Shown here: piece by piece, positions 13,546 through 25,740 of the stretch
How positions within the stretch are numbered: the stretch's first letter is position 1
How the letters are laid out: every line of letters begins with the position of its first letter
DNA from: Eledone cirrhosa
Taxonomy: Eukaryota
Length of the DNA stretch: 64,000 nt
Assembly (NCBI GenBank): GCA_964016885.1
Contig: OZ024745.1
Span: 45,198,001 to 45,262,000 of the forward strand
Direction: 5' to 3'
Position numbers and translations under genes: made by a program
The notes under the pieces: generated by a model
Databases searched by the model: none
What the model was told of the DNA's origin: nothing
What the model saw: only the letters and a program-made list of their open reading frames with translations

Positions 13546-13698
13546 GATAGAGATAGAGAGAGAGAGAGAGAGAGGAAGAATCAACTCCTGCACAGGGCTG
13601 GTACTTTTTTTTTATATCGACTTCGAAAGGTTGAAATACAAAGTTGAACTGGATTAGATTTGAACTCACCATAGCTACGTATATGCCGTATAAAAGCA

Positions 13699-13840
<142 letters not shown>

Positions 13841-14000
13841 GCGTGTGCTGGCTATTCGAGAGATTGGGCAAATAGGGGGGGATGTGTAGTAATAGCTTTC
13901 TAGTTAATTCGCTGTAGTACTGTTGTAGCAGTTAGTTTGGTACTTCGTTGTGTTAAACATCTCGTCATTTCCATTTACCTTTTATTTTGGAACGTCGATA

Positions 14001-14037
<37 letters not shown>

Positions 14038-14110
14038 TATATATATATATACACACACACATATATATATATGTACACACACACATACACACACACACAT
14101 ATATATATGT

Positions 14111-14200
<90 letters not shown>

Positions 14201-14250
14201 TATATATATATGTACACACTCACACACACACACATATATATATATGTACA

Positions 14251-14316
<66 letters not shown>

Positions 14317-14488
14317 TATATATATATATATATATGAACAATATATATATACATATATATATATATGTGTGTGAGTGTGTGTGTACAATGTATATACATT
14401 GTTGAATCAGATGACAATACACTATCCAAACAAAACTAACCTTATGTTAAGTGAAAAAATAAATATAAAAATCTTTATCGGTGAGTCA

Positions 14489-14532
<44 letters not shown>

Positions 14533-14879
14533 GCACACATATTATATGTTATATATATATATATATATATTGGTTCACTTCTTTTGGTCACTGCACTGTG
14601 GTCTTGCTGGGGCATCTGTCTTTCATTTTGGTCATCATCGTATCGACCCATCCCCCAGTACTTATATTTTCAAATCTGGTCCTTATTTCATTGGTCACCT
14701 TTTGTCGAATCGTTAAGTTACAAGACGTAAACACGGACACATACGTACAAATAGACACGTAGCGACACACCCACACACACACACACACACACATATACCC
14801 CCTCCTCCACACACACATATACATATAAGTGTTTGTGTCTGTGAGTTCGTGACTATGTATGTATGTATATATATGTATG

Positions 14880-15027
14880 CAGTGCCGGAATTACCCTTGT
14901 GCTTAAGTACAGGACCCCGTTGGCCAGACGGCCCATCTTCCTACGCCAAAAATATTTTACCTCCTTCAGGGTCCAATTAAAGGGACCTCATAACTTAACT
15001 AGCACAGATGTCCCGAATCCGGCACTG
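14880..15027. mobile_element. hAT-like MITE
   Basis: TIR CAGTGCCGGA / TCCGGCACTG with 8-bp TATGTATG on both sides (TSD ambiguous inside the repeat). Confidence 0.7.
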
Positions 15028-15115
15028 TATGTATGTATGTATGTATGTTTGCATGTATGTATGTATGTGTGTGTGTATGCATAGCGGTATTGAATCCAGA
15101 ACCACGTGTGTGCAC

Positions 15116-15167
<52 letters not shown>

Positions 15168-15350
15168 TGTGTGTGTGTGTGTGTGTGTTAATGCGGTATG
15201 TCAAAAATAATCAGGCGTTAATATGAGTCTGTATCAGAAATATTGCTGTGTCTGTGTGTCGGTCGATATAGGTATCCATGTATTTAAAGGTGCGTGTGTG
15301 ACAGTCCGTCTACGGGACATTTTTTTTTTTATCCAGTGCGTGTACTTGCC

Positions 15351-15364
15351 GTTGCTATAGCAAC
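15351..15364. promoter_or_regulatory. Candidate RFX X-box (GTTGCTATAGCAAC)
   Basis: Perfect 14-bp palindrome matching the GTTGCYATRGCAAC consensus, in a repeat-poor island. Confidence 0.45.
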
Positions 15365-15575
15365 TGACTGCGTGCATGTTTATCGTTTCAAGTCTGTTTT
15401 CTTGTCAATGACACAACTGTCCTAATGTTCTCGTCCCACTCTCTCGGAACGTTTGGTCTGTTGGCTGGCAGTTTTATATATACTCCCACCTCCATTCTCC
15501 ACATATGACGAATTCAGTGCTGCACAGATGTATGCAATGATGGAGTGATGTTTAAAAAAATAATTTAAAATAAAA

Positions 15576-15641
<66 letters not shown>

Positions 15642-15853
15642 TATATAATGAAAAAAAATGGGCTAGGTAGTATAACTCAGCTGCACCAACGGAAAATATG
15701 GCGAAAGTATGGCCGCGCAGAAAAGCCAGCAACAGCCGCTACACCAACTATTCCACCTCACTAAGCCCCCTCATAAAGCGGGATGCATTCCACTCGGTTA
15801 TGCGGAGGAAAACTACCGTCTGAGATCGAGGACATTGGACGTCTCAACAGCAT

Positions 15854-16329
15854 AGGGAAGTATCGATATCACAACCACATGATTTGGGAAAGTATGGATA
15901 TCACAACCACATGATTTGGGAAAGTATGGATATCACAACCACAGGATTTGGGAAAGTATGGATATCACAACCACAGGATTTGGGAAAGTATGGATATCAT
16001 AAATATATGGCGTGGGAATGTAAGGATAAGACAGCTATATGGTGTGGGAATGTAAGGATATGACAGCTATATGGTGTGGGAATGTAAGGATATGACAGCT
16101 ATATGGCGTGGGAATGTAAGGATATGACAGCTATATGGCGTGGGAATGTAAGGATATCACAGCTATATGGTGTGGGAATGTAAGGATATCGCAGCTATAT
16201 AGTGTGTGAAAGTAAGGATATCACAACTATATGTTGTGGGAATGTAAGGATATCACAGCTATATGATGTGGGAATGTAAGGATATCACAGCTATATGGTG
16301 TGGGAATGTAAGGATATCACATCTATATG
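15854..16329. repeat. 32-bp minisatellite, about 15 units
   Basis: gggaaagtatggatatcacaaccacatgattt grading into gggaatgtaaggatatcacagctatatggtgt. No spacers. Confidence 0.9.
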
Positions 16330-17612
16330 CTAAAATGACTTGCGAAATAATTCGTTATAGGAAAACCACGTATGGGTGAGACAGAGGAAGAAATGCAGTT
16401 ATATAACATCAAGGGACTAGTGTACTCTCGAAAACACTAGCGGCGGTAAATATAGTCATCGTATTAAGTACGGCCTAACGGCCTAATGGTCAAGACGTTC
16501 TGTTCACAATCTTTAGGTTCCGGGTTCGATCCCACTGCATGGTATCTTGAACAAGTGCGATTTACCACAGCCTCGAGTCAACCCCCTGCTTTGTGTATGA
16601 AGTTTGCAAGTCCATTGGATAGATTGTACCTGTAATTCAAATTTTTAATGTACCTGTAATTCACATGTTCGAACCACACCGAATCTCCTTTAGAATTAGG
16701 TTATGGGTACACGTGTCGGTGGAATTACACGATAATGTTGTTACGTTGATCGAAGAACAGGAACAGCCATCACCGAAACCGATGGATGTCAATTTTATTT
16801 AAGTATTAAATAAACCAGAAAATTAAATTTCTTGTTGTTGCTTCATATCTTTCTCACGCTACAAATATAGTCTTACGTTTTTAAAGATGAGTTGGAAAAT
16901 TGGCAGAGTTGTTAGGAGCGTTGTCTCGGAATCTGTACTGCTTCCCTGTGCTTTGAGTTCAAATTCCACCTAGATCAATTTTACTACTTTCATTTTTTTT
17001 TGTCGGTCGTATAAATGAAGTACCAGTCTAGTACTAGACTTGGTTCTCTTTCTCTCTTTCTCTCTCTCTATCTGCTTATCTCGGTCTGTCCCTCTCTCCC
17101 CACTCTCTCGTTCTCTGGAAGAAATTGCCTCTTCTCCGAATTGAAGAGGGATGGGCTCCGCCAGATTTAAAATGCTCAAGTTGGCTATATAGCCCCTTCC
17201 TAGAATAGAGGTGCCCAGTATTCGGGTATCTATAAAAACGGACAACGCCTTCCTCCGAAAAACGAAACTGCTTTATTCCAAAACCGATGGTACGGTTTTC
17301 CATTTCATCAGAGGTGGACTGTTTCAATGACGTCTCTGTTGATGTTGTCGGTAGATTAGACATGTCATAGATCATGTAGAGTGCTGCTTCGTATCACGTA
17401 TCTGTTTAATCGGGGTGGATTATGTAAGGAATAAACGTTATTGTATTAAATTAACCAGAAAATCAAATATAGATGTGCGAGTCTCCACACACACACACAC
17501 ACACGCACACGCACACACACGCACACGCACACATACATACACACACATACATACATACATACATACACACACATAAACACACACACACATACATACATAC
17601 ATACACACACAT

Positions 17613-17680
<68 letters not shown>

Positions 17681-17692
17681 ATACACACACAT

Positions 17693-17761
<69 letters not shown>

Positions 17762-17774
17762 CACATCGCATCGG

Positions 17775-18075
17775 GCTTACAATCGTGAAGTTGTGAGTTC
17801 GATTCTCGGATTGGGCTTTGCGTTGTGTTCTTGAACAAGACACTTTATTTCACGTTGCTCTAGTTTTCTCACCTGTAGAAATGAGTTGCGACGTCTATGG
17901 TGCCAAACAGTGTCGGCCTCTGTCTTTCCCTTGGACCACATCGGTGGCATGGAGCGGGGAGTTTGGTATGCATGGGTGACTGCTGATCTCCCAGAAACAA
18001 CCTTGCCCGGACTTGTGCCTCAGAGATGAAATTTCTAGATTCAAATCCCATGATCTTTCGTGACCGAAGTGGGTG
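17775..18075 (+). mobile_element. tRNA-derived SINE with CORE-like body
   Basis: B-box-like gagttcgattc then tgtgttcttgaacaagacactttatttcacgttgctc. Related copies at about 35368-35490, 45265-45530 and 56280-56460. Confidence 0.7.
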
Positions 18076-18087
18076 TTGCTATATATA

Positions 18088-18264
18088 TTGCAGTATCGGT
18101 AGAGGGTCGGACGCCATGCTTTCCAGCATAGTTACGTCCCTTTACGATCTGAGTTCAAATCCCGCCGAGGTTGACTTTGCCTTTCATCCTTACGGGGTCG
18201 ATAAAATAAAGTACCAGTAATGCACTGGGTAATTGCTGGCCTTGTGCCTAAAGTAGAAACAATT
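18088..18264 (+). mobile_element. SINE-A (young tRNA-derived SINE, about 190 bp)
   Basis: A/B-box-like tggcagtatcggtag and gagttcaaatccc, body gcctttcatccttacggggtcgataaaataaagtaccag, 3' end gtagaaacaatt. Partial copies at 1674-1783(-), 8894-8950(-), 10832-10940(-) and 28440-28503(-). Confidence 0.9.
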
Positions 18265-18529
18265 ATATATATTATATATATTATATATATTATATATATT
18301 ATATATATTAAACTTGGCACGACGAGGTTTCATTTTAAAATGTTTCTTATATGATTGGCTCGAATTCTATAATCGATGTGATTGATCGGACTACAATATC
18401 GTTCAGTTTGCAAGACCTCTTGATTCAACTAAAAGCAATGAATAATTATATATTTCCTTCTATTTCGAGGGTTAAACTAATATATTTCTTCAATGTACTG
18501 TGTAGTTTTCTTTGCTATTTCTGTTTAAT

Positions 18530-18571
<42 letters not shown>

Positions 18572-18666
18572 ACGCACACGCACACACACACACGCACGCA
18601 CGCACACGCACACGCACACACACATATGCTATTTCTGTTTAATTTTCACACACACACACACACACT

Positions 18667-18699
<33 letters not shown>

Positions 18700-19080
18700 A
18701 CACATGCAGGGATACGCACAGATCCAGCCCCCCTCCCGCACCATAAAGTGGATAGTACTCAATATGTAATGTAATGTAGAGTGAAAAAGTTTTTTATTTT
18801 GTAATTAAAAATGGTAAATTAAAATTAAAATACCTTTTCACTCTACGGCCGACTAAACTCACACGTGATTTCCTCCTATAAAAATATTATCTTCTTGTCT
18901 ATCTTTCTATCTCTCATTCTATGTTTCGCTGACGGACTAACGTCCGTTAAACTAGTGTATATATATATATACATGAATATATATACATTAGTTTATATAT
19001 ATATATACATAGAATATAATGTGTATATATATATATATATACATTCCATTAAGTATATATATATATATATAAATATATAT

Positions 19081-19260
19081 GCAGAGGTTATATTTAATTT
19101 GTTGGGAATCAACAAGCTTAAAAATTTATTTATAAAACTAATTCTGTATTATATTTTATCTGATGAAAGCGCACCATAATTTGCCTTGGTGGCCCTTGAA
19201 ATATGTATAATAAAATAATTATGGTTTTATAAATATAGTTTCCATTTGTTAATATATTGT
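19081..19260. mobile_element. Family D bipartite insertion with non-overlapping inverted parts
   Basis: 19081-19130 is the family 3' end on the minus strand. 19131-19260 is the upstream part on the plus strand, ending ccatttgttaatatattg. (TA)n on both sides. Confidence 0.75.
19154..19215 (+). ncRNA. Minimal type-I hammerhead ribozyme
   Basis: ttttat CTGATGA aagcgcacca..tggtggccctt GAAA t atgt a TA ataaaa. Confidence 0.8.
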
Positions 19261-19414
19261 ATATATATATATATATATTTCTAGTTATTATAAAATGCTC
19301 GGACCTACTCGTTAGAATCTTAGAGCTTATTTTGCGGGTGATATAGCGCATGTCTTTCTGGCATGACACCCATAATTTTGATTTAGATTAAATTCATTTG
19401 ATTTATCTTAATTT

Positions 19415-19463
<49 letters not shown>

Positions 19464-19763
19464 GGGCCTTGTTTTCCTTAAAATTGTGAGGGTGACAAAC
19501 CAACATTTGTTGATTCTTAAAGGAGCATAAATTGCTTATGGTGCCTTTCTCGAGCCCTGTCACATAAGTAAAATGTTACGCTAATTAAATTTTATGTATT
19601 CACATGAAGTTCAAATATAAAAGAATAAGCTTCAAAAGAATTTATTAAATTAAATAAACAAAAAGTGGGGGTAATTGTCCCCTGGTACCCCGCTGAAACA
19701 ATATAATTATTGAGTAAAATGACAGGAGGCCGGACTGGTGAAATTCCTTCAAAGATTTATAAT

Positions 19764-19941
19764 AATTGTCTCTACTTTAGGCACAAGGCCAGCAATTACC
19801 CAGTGCATTACTGGTACTTTATTTTATCGACCCCGTAATGATGAAAGGCAAAGTCAACCTCGGCGGGATTTGAACTCAGATCGTAAAGGAACGTAACTAT
19901 ACTGGAAAGCATGGCGTCCGACCCTCTACCGATACTGCCAA
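19764..19941 (-). mobile_element. SINE-A at the centre of an inverted repeat with arms of about 55 bp (19703-19758 / 19942-19997)
   Basis: Flanks attattgagtaaaatgacagg..ccttcaaagattt and aaatctttgaagg..cattttactcaataat are reverse complements. Confidence 0.85.
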
Positions 19942-20189
19942 AAATCTTTGAAGGAATTTCACCATCCGGCCCCCTGTCATTTTACTCAATAATAATTAAC
20001 TTCTTGCACCACCAACAAGATTCAATATCGAAGATGGATGAGTTGCATAACGTCGAGTGCTTTTCCTAATATTTCATCATGATTGACTATACAGAATGAC
20101 CAGTTATATCCGATGGTGAACCACCAAACCTAAATGAATATATACATATATATATATATAAATGTAATCTGAGTTTTTCGAATATTAAT

Positions 20190-20378
20190 AATTGTTTCTA
20201 CTTTTGGCACAAGGCCAGCAATTGCCGAATAGATTACTGGTACTTTATTTTATCGACCCCGTAAGGATGAAAGGCAAAGTTAACCTCGGTGGGATTTGAA
20301 CTCAGAATGGCAAGGGCCGTAACTCTATGCGTCAAAGCATGGCGTCCGACCCTCTACCGATACTGCCAATTCACCGCC
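20190..20378 (-). mobile_element. SINE-A (variant subfamily), full length, 10-bp TSD
   Basis: tattaataat at 20183-20192 and 20380-20389. Confidence 0.9.
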
Positions 20379-20494
20379 CTATTAATAATAACATTCGATT
20401 CGTTTGCAATTTTGCAAACAAACCTCAATTTTATAGCCATGTCAGTAGAATGAACACTTCATTCTTGCCCTTGTGTTGGCATGCGAACAGAACT

Positions 20495-20532
20495 GCAGAC
20501 ACTAATGTTTCTGAGTATCACCCCTCATCAGT
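20495..20532 (-). ncRNA. Hammerhead core with weak stem I
   Basis: Minus strand CTGATGA ggggtgatactca GAAA cattagt GTC. Near-palindromic stem III and GUC triplet; stem I only about 2 bp. Confidence 0.5.
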
Positions 20533-20568
20533 AGGCTTGTTTGCAAAATTGTAAACGAATCGAATGTT

Positions 20569-20752
20569 GGTGGATTGGCAGTATCGGTAGAGGGTCGGAC
20601 GCCATGCTTTCCAGTATAGTTACGTCCCTTTATGATCTGAGTTCAAATCCTGCCGAGGTTGACTTTGTCTTTCATCATTACGGGGTCGATAAAATAAAGT
20701 ACCAGTAATGCACTGGGTAATTGCTGGCCTTGTGCCTAAAGTAGAAACAATT
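20569..20752 (+). mobile_element. SINE-A (main subfamily)
   Basis: Matches the 18088 copy. Confidence 0.9.
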
Positions 20753-20805
20753 ATTAATATAACTCAGATTACGTTTATTGATTTCAGCCATGTAGAGCGA
20801 AATTT

Positions 20806-20845
<40 letters not shown>

Positions 20846-20857
20846 AAATTTCGCTCT

Positions 20858-20913
<56 letters not shown>

Positions 20914-21347
20914 CGTTTCTGAATTTGTTTAGCAAGATTCTTTATCTGAAATCGTGTGTTGAAACCGATATTGTTATACTTTGGGAGGGTCATGTTGCCA
21001 ATAAGAAACACACGCACCAGTTGCTTTCACTTCAATTTATTATAATAAAGTTATAAATTTATAAATTTCTGGTTGGTTGGTTGGTTCCACAACCAGATAG
21101 TTGTTTATATATTGTCATAGTTCTTTCGTCACACACTCTGTGACCTCTTCAGTGACTGGGGATTCCTTTCTTTGTTTCTGTGCCTCTCCTTTGTTCTGTC
21201 CTACGCCATTTTGTTTCTGTGTGTGTGTTGTGTGCTCAGTCTGCGCATGCGCCACATCCGTGTGTTTATGTTCATTTATTTATTTGTTTATTTACATGTT
21301 ACTGGTTGGTTGTTTGTTCTATGTGTGTGTGTGTTTTCATTTTGTCC

Positions 21348-22043
21348 TTAATTGTAAGTTGTGATGTTGCTGTTCCACTCATATTTTCTATTTAATTTTG
21401 GTTGTAATTCTTTTATGTTTATTGCCTCTGTAATTTGTCTAAACATTGCGTCTTTTCTGTGTGTAGATTCTATTTTTATTTCTATGTTCTCTAGTTTACC
21501 CTTATGTTCTATTTTAGCATGTTGGTGGAGTACAGATGATTCTTTACTATCTTGAAGGTCTCGCCAGTGTTCATTTATCCGTTCCCCTATACTACGAGCT
21601 GTCTCACCTATATACACTATATTTTTATCTCTACATTGTCCTTCAGTACATCTTATGCTATATACTACATTTTTAGTTTTACAGTTAATATGGGGGCTTA
21701 ATTTACAGATTATACATTTCTTATCTATACAGGGAGCTCTTTGAAAATGGTATGTCTTGCTAATAAGTGTTTTTATGGAGGTACCTGGTCTTTCTACTAT
21801 CTTAATATTGAGTTTATGTTTATCTAGGGCCCTTCTAAATTTGTAAGCTAATTCACCTCTAGGGGTTGTATCGATGAACATTACACTCTGGTTTTTATTG
21901 CTATCATACCATGAGTTTATTCTATTAGCCTTGTTCCTAGTTCTTTCTATTCTATTCCAAAATTTGCTCCTATACAAGGGGCAGGTCCCATTTATGTCAT
22001 TATTTACCATTTTTTCCCATTTGGTTTTGGCTCCTCTATACAC
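21348..22043 (-). CDS. PLE linker plus GIY-YIG endonuclease (5'-truncated)
   Basis: CIDKKCIIC..C..NVVYSIRC..C..YIGETARSIGERINEH..EAINI..LN motif. Confidence 0.9.
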   Translation of the reverse strand: MYRGAKTKWEKMVNNDINGTCPLYRSKFWNRIERTRNKANRINSWYDSNKNQSVMFIDTTPRGELAYKFRRALDKHKLNIKIVERPGTSIKTLISKTYHFQRAPCIDKKCIICKLSPHINCKTKNVVYSIRCTEGQCRDKNIVYIGETARSIGERINEHWRDLQDSKESSVLHQHAKIEHKGKLENIEIKIESTHRKDAMFRQITEAINIKELQPKLNRKYEWNSNITTYN

Positions 22044-22049
22044 TCTGAT

Positions 22050-22449
22050 TTTTCAAAGACCCTCATGTATAGACAAGAAATGTATAACCTGTAAAATAAG
22101 CCCCCATATTAACTGTAAAACTAGAAATGTAGTGTATAGCATAAGATGTACCGAAGGACAATGTAGAGACAAAAATATAGTGTACATAGGTGAGACAGCT
22201 CGTAGCGTAGGGGAACGGATAAATGAACACTGGCGAGACCTTCAAGATAGTAAAGAATCATCTGTACTCTACCAACATGCTAAAATAGAACACAAGGGTA
22301 AATTAGAAAACATAGAAATAAAAATAGAATCTACACACAGAAAAGACGCAATGTTTAGACAAATCACAGAGGCAATAAACATAAAAGAATTACAACCAAA
22401 ATTAAATAGAAAATATGAGTGGAACAGCAACATCACAACTTACAATTAA
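22050..22449 (+). CDS. PLE GIY-YIG endonuclease fragment
   Basis: Same motifs. The part of track ORF 21874..22449 upstream of 22050 is antisense of the other arm. Confidence 0.85.
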
Positions 22450-22640
22450 GGACAAAATGAAAACACACACACACATAGAACAAACAACCAACCAGTAACA
22501 TGTAAATAAACAAATAAATAAATGAACATAAACACACGGATGTGGCGCATGCGCAGACTGAGCACACAACACACACACAGAAACAAAATGGCGTAGGACA
22601 GAACAAAGGAGAGGCACAGAAACAAAGAAAGGAATCCCCA

Positions 22641-22683
22641 GTCACTGAAGAGGTCACAGAGTGTGTGACGAAAGAACTATGAC
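22641..22683 (+). ncRNA. Atypical minimal hammerhead in the PLE-A terminal repeat (also 21114-21156 minus, 37121-37163, 38874-38916)
   Basis: gtca CTGAAGA g gtcaca..tgtgac GAAA g aa c T(A/T) tgac. Confidence 0.65.
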
Positions 22684-22918
22684 AATATATAAACAACTAT
22701 CTGGTTGTGGAACCAACCAACCAACCAGAAATTTATAAATTTATAAATTTATTATAAATTTATTATAATAAATTGAAGTGAAAGCAACTGGTGCGTGTGT
22801 TTCTTATTGGCAACATGACCCTCCCAAAGTATAACAATATATATATATATATATATTATCGTAATACTGTATTGTTCTCCCATGTTATTTTTTACTTGTT
22901 TACGTTTCGCAAATACGC

Positions 22919-22978
<60 letters not shown>

Positions 22979-24725
22979 GCACGCACGCCAGCGCGCGGAC
23001 ACACACACATGTATACACACGTCAACAGCATTCTAATAAATATTGCCTGAACAGGTAATAAAAGTGTGTATATATTTTCGGGGACACCCTATGTATATAT
23101 GTGTATATATTTTTTGGGACACCCTGTGTATATATGTGTATCTACAGCGAGATTTAAATACAAGTGGCTCAAAAATGAGTTTCAGCGCATGAGTTGGGGA
23201 TCGATATAAGCAATGATGTGTCTTTTCTTGTATTTATCACCAAGATGGCAGCAATATGTTGACGACTGATAAACCACGTTGCTCTTGTGGAGGACCAGCA
23301 TAGTTTATCAGTCATCTAAGCCATAGTCCTCAACGGTGGCCATCCTTTAGTGTTAAATTAACTGCAGAACTCGAAGCCATTCAATAATGGTACACCAAAA
23401 AGATTGCTAAAGGTGAAAATCAACGGCATTAGTTATAGCAGTCTCGGAGGACTTATGATGGTTGTGGCACAAGCCCTTTCCTCTCATTAAAACCACAGAA
23501 AATATGTGCATGTATAGAATTCCAGTTTGCAGTCACGATTTTGCAAAAAGAAAAAAAAGAAAAAATTGACGGTTTTAGATTAAATGCCGATTAAATTATA
23601 AACTAATTAAAGTTATGAAATTTGAGGCACCCAAATTTAAAAACTGAAGATGTCTGTGATGTTGAACCGAGAACGTAGAAAAATGAAACTAAACATTCTG
23701 AGGCGATTCTATGTTTCTGAAAACTCACTCATCGTAATCATATTAAAATGAAATTACTGGTATGTTATAATTGACTTTCAAATTAACTGAAATGAGACTC
23801 TCATTATGATATTTCTGTACAATTTCAATTATTCAAAAGGAATTCACAAGCCCTTTTTATTAATGTAGCAAGGGAAATTTGGATTAGTCGCAAGCTGCCA
23901 TAGCTCCGTCCAGTGACTGCTCTAATTTCTGAATTTATTGAGGAAATATCTGAATTAGTCTGGATGATTTATAAGTTAGAACTGGAAATCGGTGACACTT
24001 ATTTCATTAATTTTCAAGTTGAGTAATAAAGTAAATAAAACAAAATATATAATCAGGTCGTTAATTTGTACCAGGAAGTTTATTATCATGTAGACACATG
24101 AATACACATTAAAGTGTGCGCATATCCCCCCATAAAGGTCAATACATATAAACACAAATACAGGTAAATAAATATATTGTGTACAAGTATAAAAACCACG
24201 AAGACAAACAAATACAGATGCACAGCCAACGTAATATCTATACTACTCGAAGAAAGATCAAAGAAAATAATATTCAAATTACTGCCAGGCAATCAAATGT
24301 AGGTTACTCATAGTAAACCTATCACTAATACGAATGTAAATTGATTAATCATAGTTTACATTTATCGATTTTTAATTGGAAAGTAATCATTTCTTACATA
24401 TCTAGTCAGGAAAGAAGACGTATTCCCAGATTCATGCAACAGCTATGAAAGGGTCAAAATGATTACTACAAATTGTAAAAACATTTTAGAGACCCGAATA
24501 AATATTATAATCGAACCATGTGCCATTTCTATACCCAAAAGGCAGAAATACTCTCCCTAATCTAGGGAATAATCAGCACAGAACATGCACAAACATAAAT
24601 AATTAACAAGCCAAAGACAGTTTCTGTGGGATCGATTCCTTGAAAAATGACAAATTTGACTCAAAGCTCATCCTATCATATTAAAAATAGAAGCAGGCTT
24701 TGGATACTGTATTCCTACATATAAC

Positions 24726-25050
24726 GGTTTCTGGTTTAGGCATAAGGCCAATCATTTTGGGGAGGGGATAGTTGATTAAATCGACCTAGGTACGTTACTG
24801 GTACTTTATTTATCGACCATGTAAGAATGAAAGGCAAAGCTAACCTCAGTGGGATTTGAACTCAGAATGCAAAGGGACGTAACTCTATGCCGCAAAGCTC
24901 TACTGATACTGCCAATCTATACTTATTATTTCTAGATATAATATCCTTACGGGGTCGATAAAATAAAGCACCAGTAACGTACTGGGGTCGATTTAATCGA
25001 CTTTCCCCTCCTCCCAAATTGCTGGCCTTGTGCCAAAAGTAGAAACAATT
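24726..25050. mobile_element. Two SINE-A-related copies (24726-24917 minus; 24945-25050 plus, 5'-truncated with 20-bp TSD)
   Basis: attatttctagatataatat at 24925-24944 and 25048-25067. Confidence 0.85.
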
Positions 25051-25065
25051 ATTTCTAGATATAAT

Positions 25066-25170
25066 ATGAAGCAGGTGGAGAAGTTCAAGTATCTCGAGGC
25101 TGTGTTTACGAGTGATGGTAGGCAGGAGGCTGAATTAAGTGCAAGAATTGCAGGAGCTGGTGCAGAAATA
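25066..25170 (+). pseudogene. RTE-like RT fragment
   Basis: Translates MKQVEKFKYLEAVFTSDGRQEAELSARIAGAGA, resembling the FKYLG..E...RI..A motif. Confidence 0.6.
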
Positions 25171-25590
25171 TGATAACTAATGAGTTAAACTATACCAATA
25201 TTTTATTATTTTAATCTCGCATTTTATGCTATTTCTTCTTGTGACTAAAGTAATTTATTATCTGACTACGAAACAGTACCCTACACAGTGCGATACACAA
25301 GCTGTTTAGGCCACCGATTGCTTCATGGAATCCTTGACCCCACATCAACACCAGGCATGTACAATAATGAACATATTTCTATCTGTATATATGCAGTATA
25401 GAGGTAACAGGGACTACGTGATTGTGCCTATACACTTACACATTGAGTACTTAAACTTGTAAACATGTACAATCCCTGGTAACTGAAAAAAAAAATATAT
25501 ATATATTGAATCGAATTTCGAACCTTTCGGGGGTTTTCATCAAAAGATATATATATATCCTCTAAACAACCACACACAAAAATACGGCTA

Positions 25591-25641
<51 letters not shown>

Positions 25642-25643
25642 CA

Positions 25644-25740
25644 CAGGGTGTCAAAAGTGTATACTTACTTTAACATCATTCTAATAAATTTTGCCTGCAC
25701 AGGTAATCAAACTGTGTATACATTTTTCGGGTACACCCTG
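25644..25740. mobile_element. Tc1/mariner-type MITE (related half-copy at about 23025-23125)
   Basis: TIR CAGGGTGT / ACACCCTG in TA context. Confidence 0.65.

Larger units (their letters stand above)
20911..22838. mobile_element. Penelope-like element A, head-to-head inverted pair of 5'-truncated copies
   Basis: Minus copy about 20911-22048 and plus copy about 22049-22838, both with GIY-YIG coding sequence plus terminal repeat. (TA)n on both sides. Confidence 0.95.

Noticed and set aside
15660-15850. Short GC-richer ORFs (MAKVWPRR.., MAAQKSQQ..)
   Set aside because: Under 50 aa, no recognisable motif or convincing splice sites.
15854-16329. CRISPR-like regular repeat
   Set aside because: Contiguous 32-bp units without unique spacers, no cas genes, eukaryotic context.
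17270-17320. Minus-strand CTGATGA followed by a hairpin
   Set aside because: No correctly placed GAAA/NUH or stem I. The same applies to hits near 219, 42376, 49540 and 51832.
18088-18264. tRNA genes
   Set aside because: The A/B boxes belong to SINE heads; no cloverleaf or acceptor stem.
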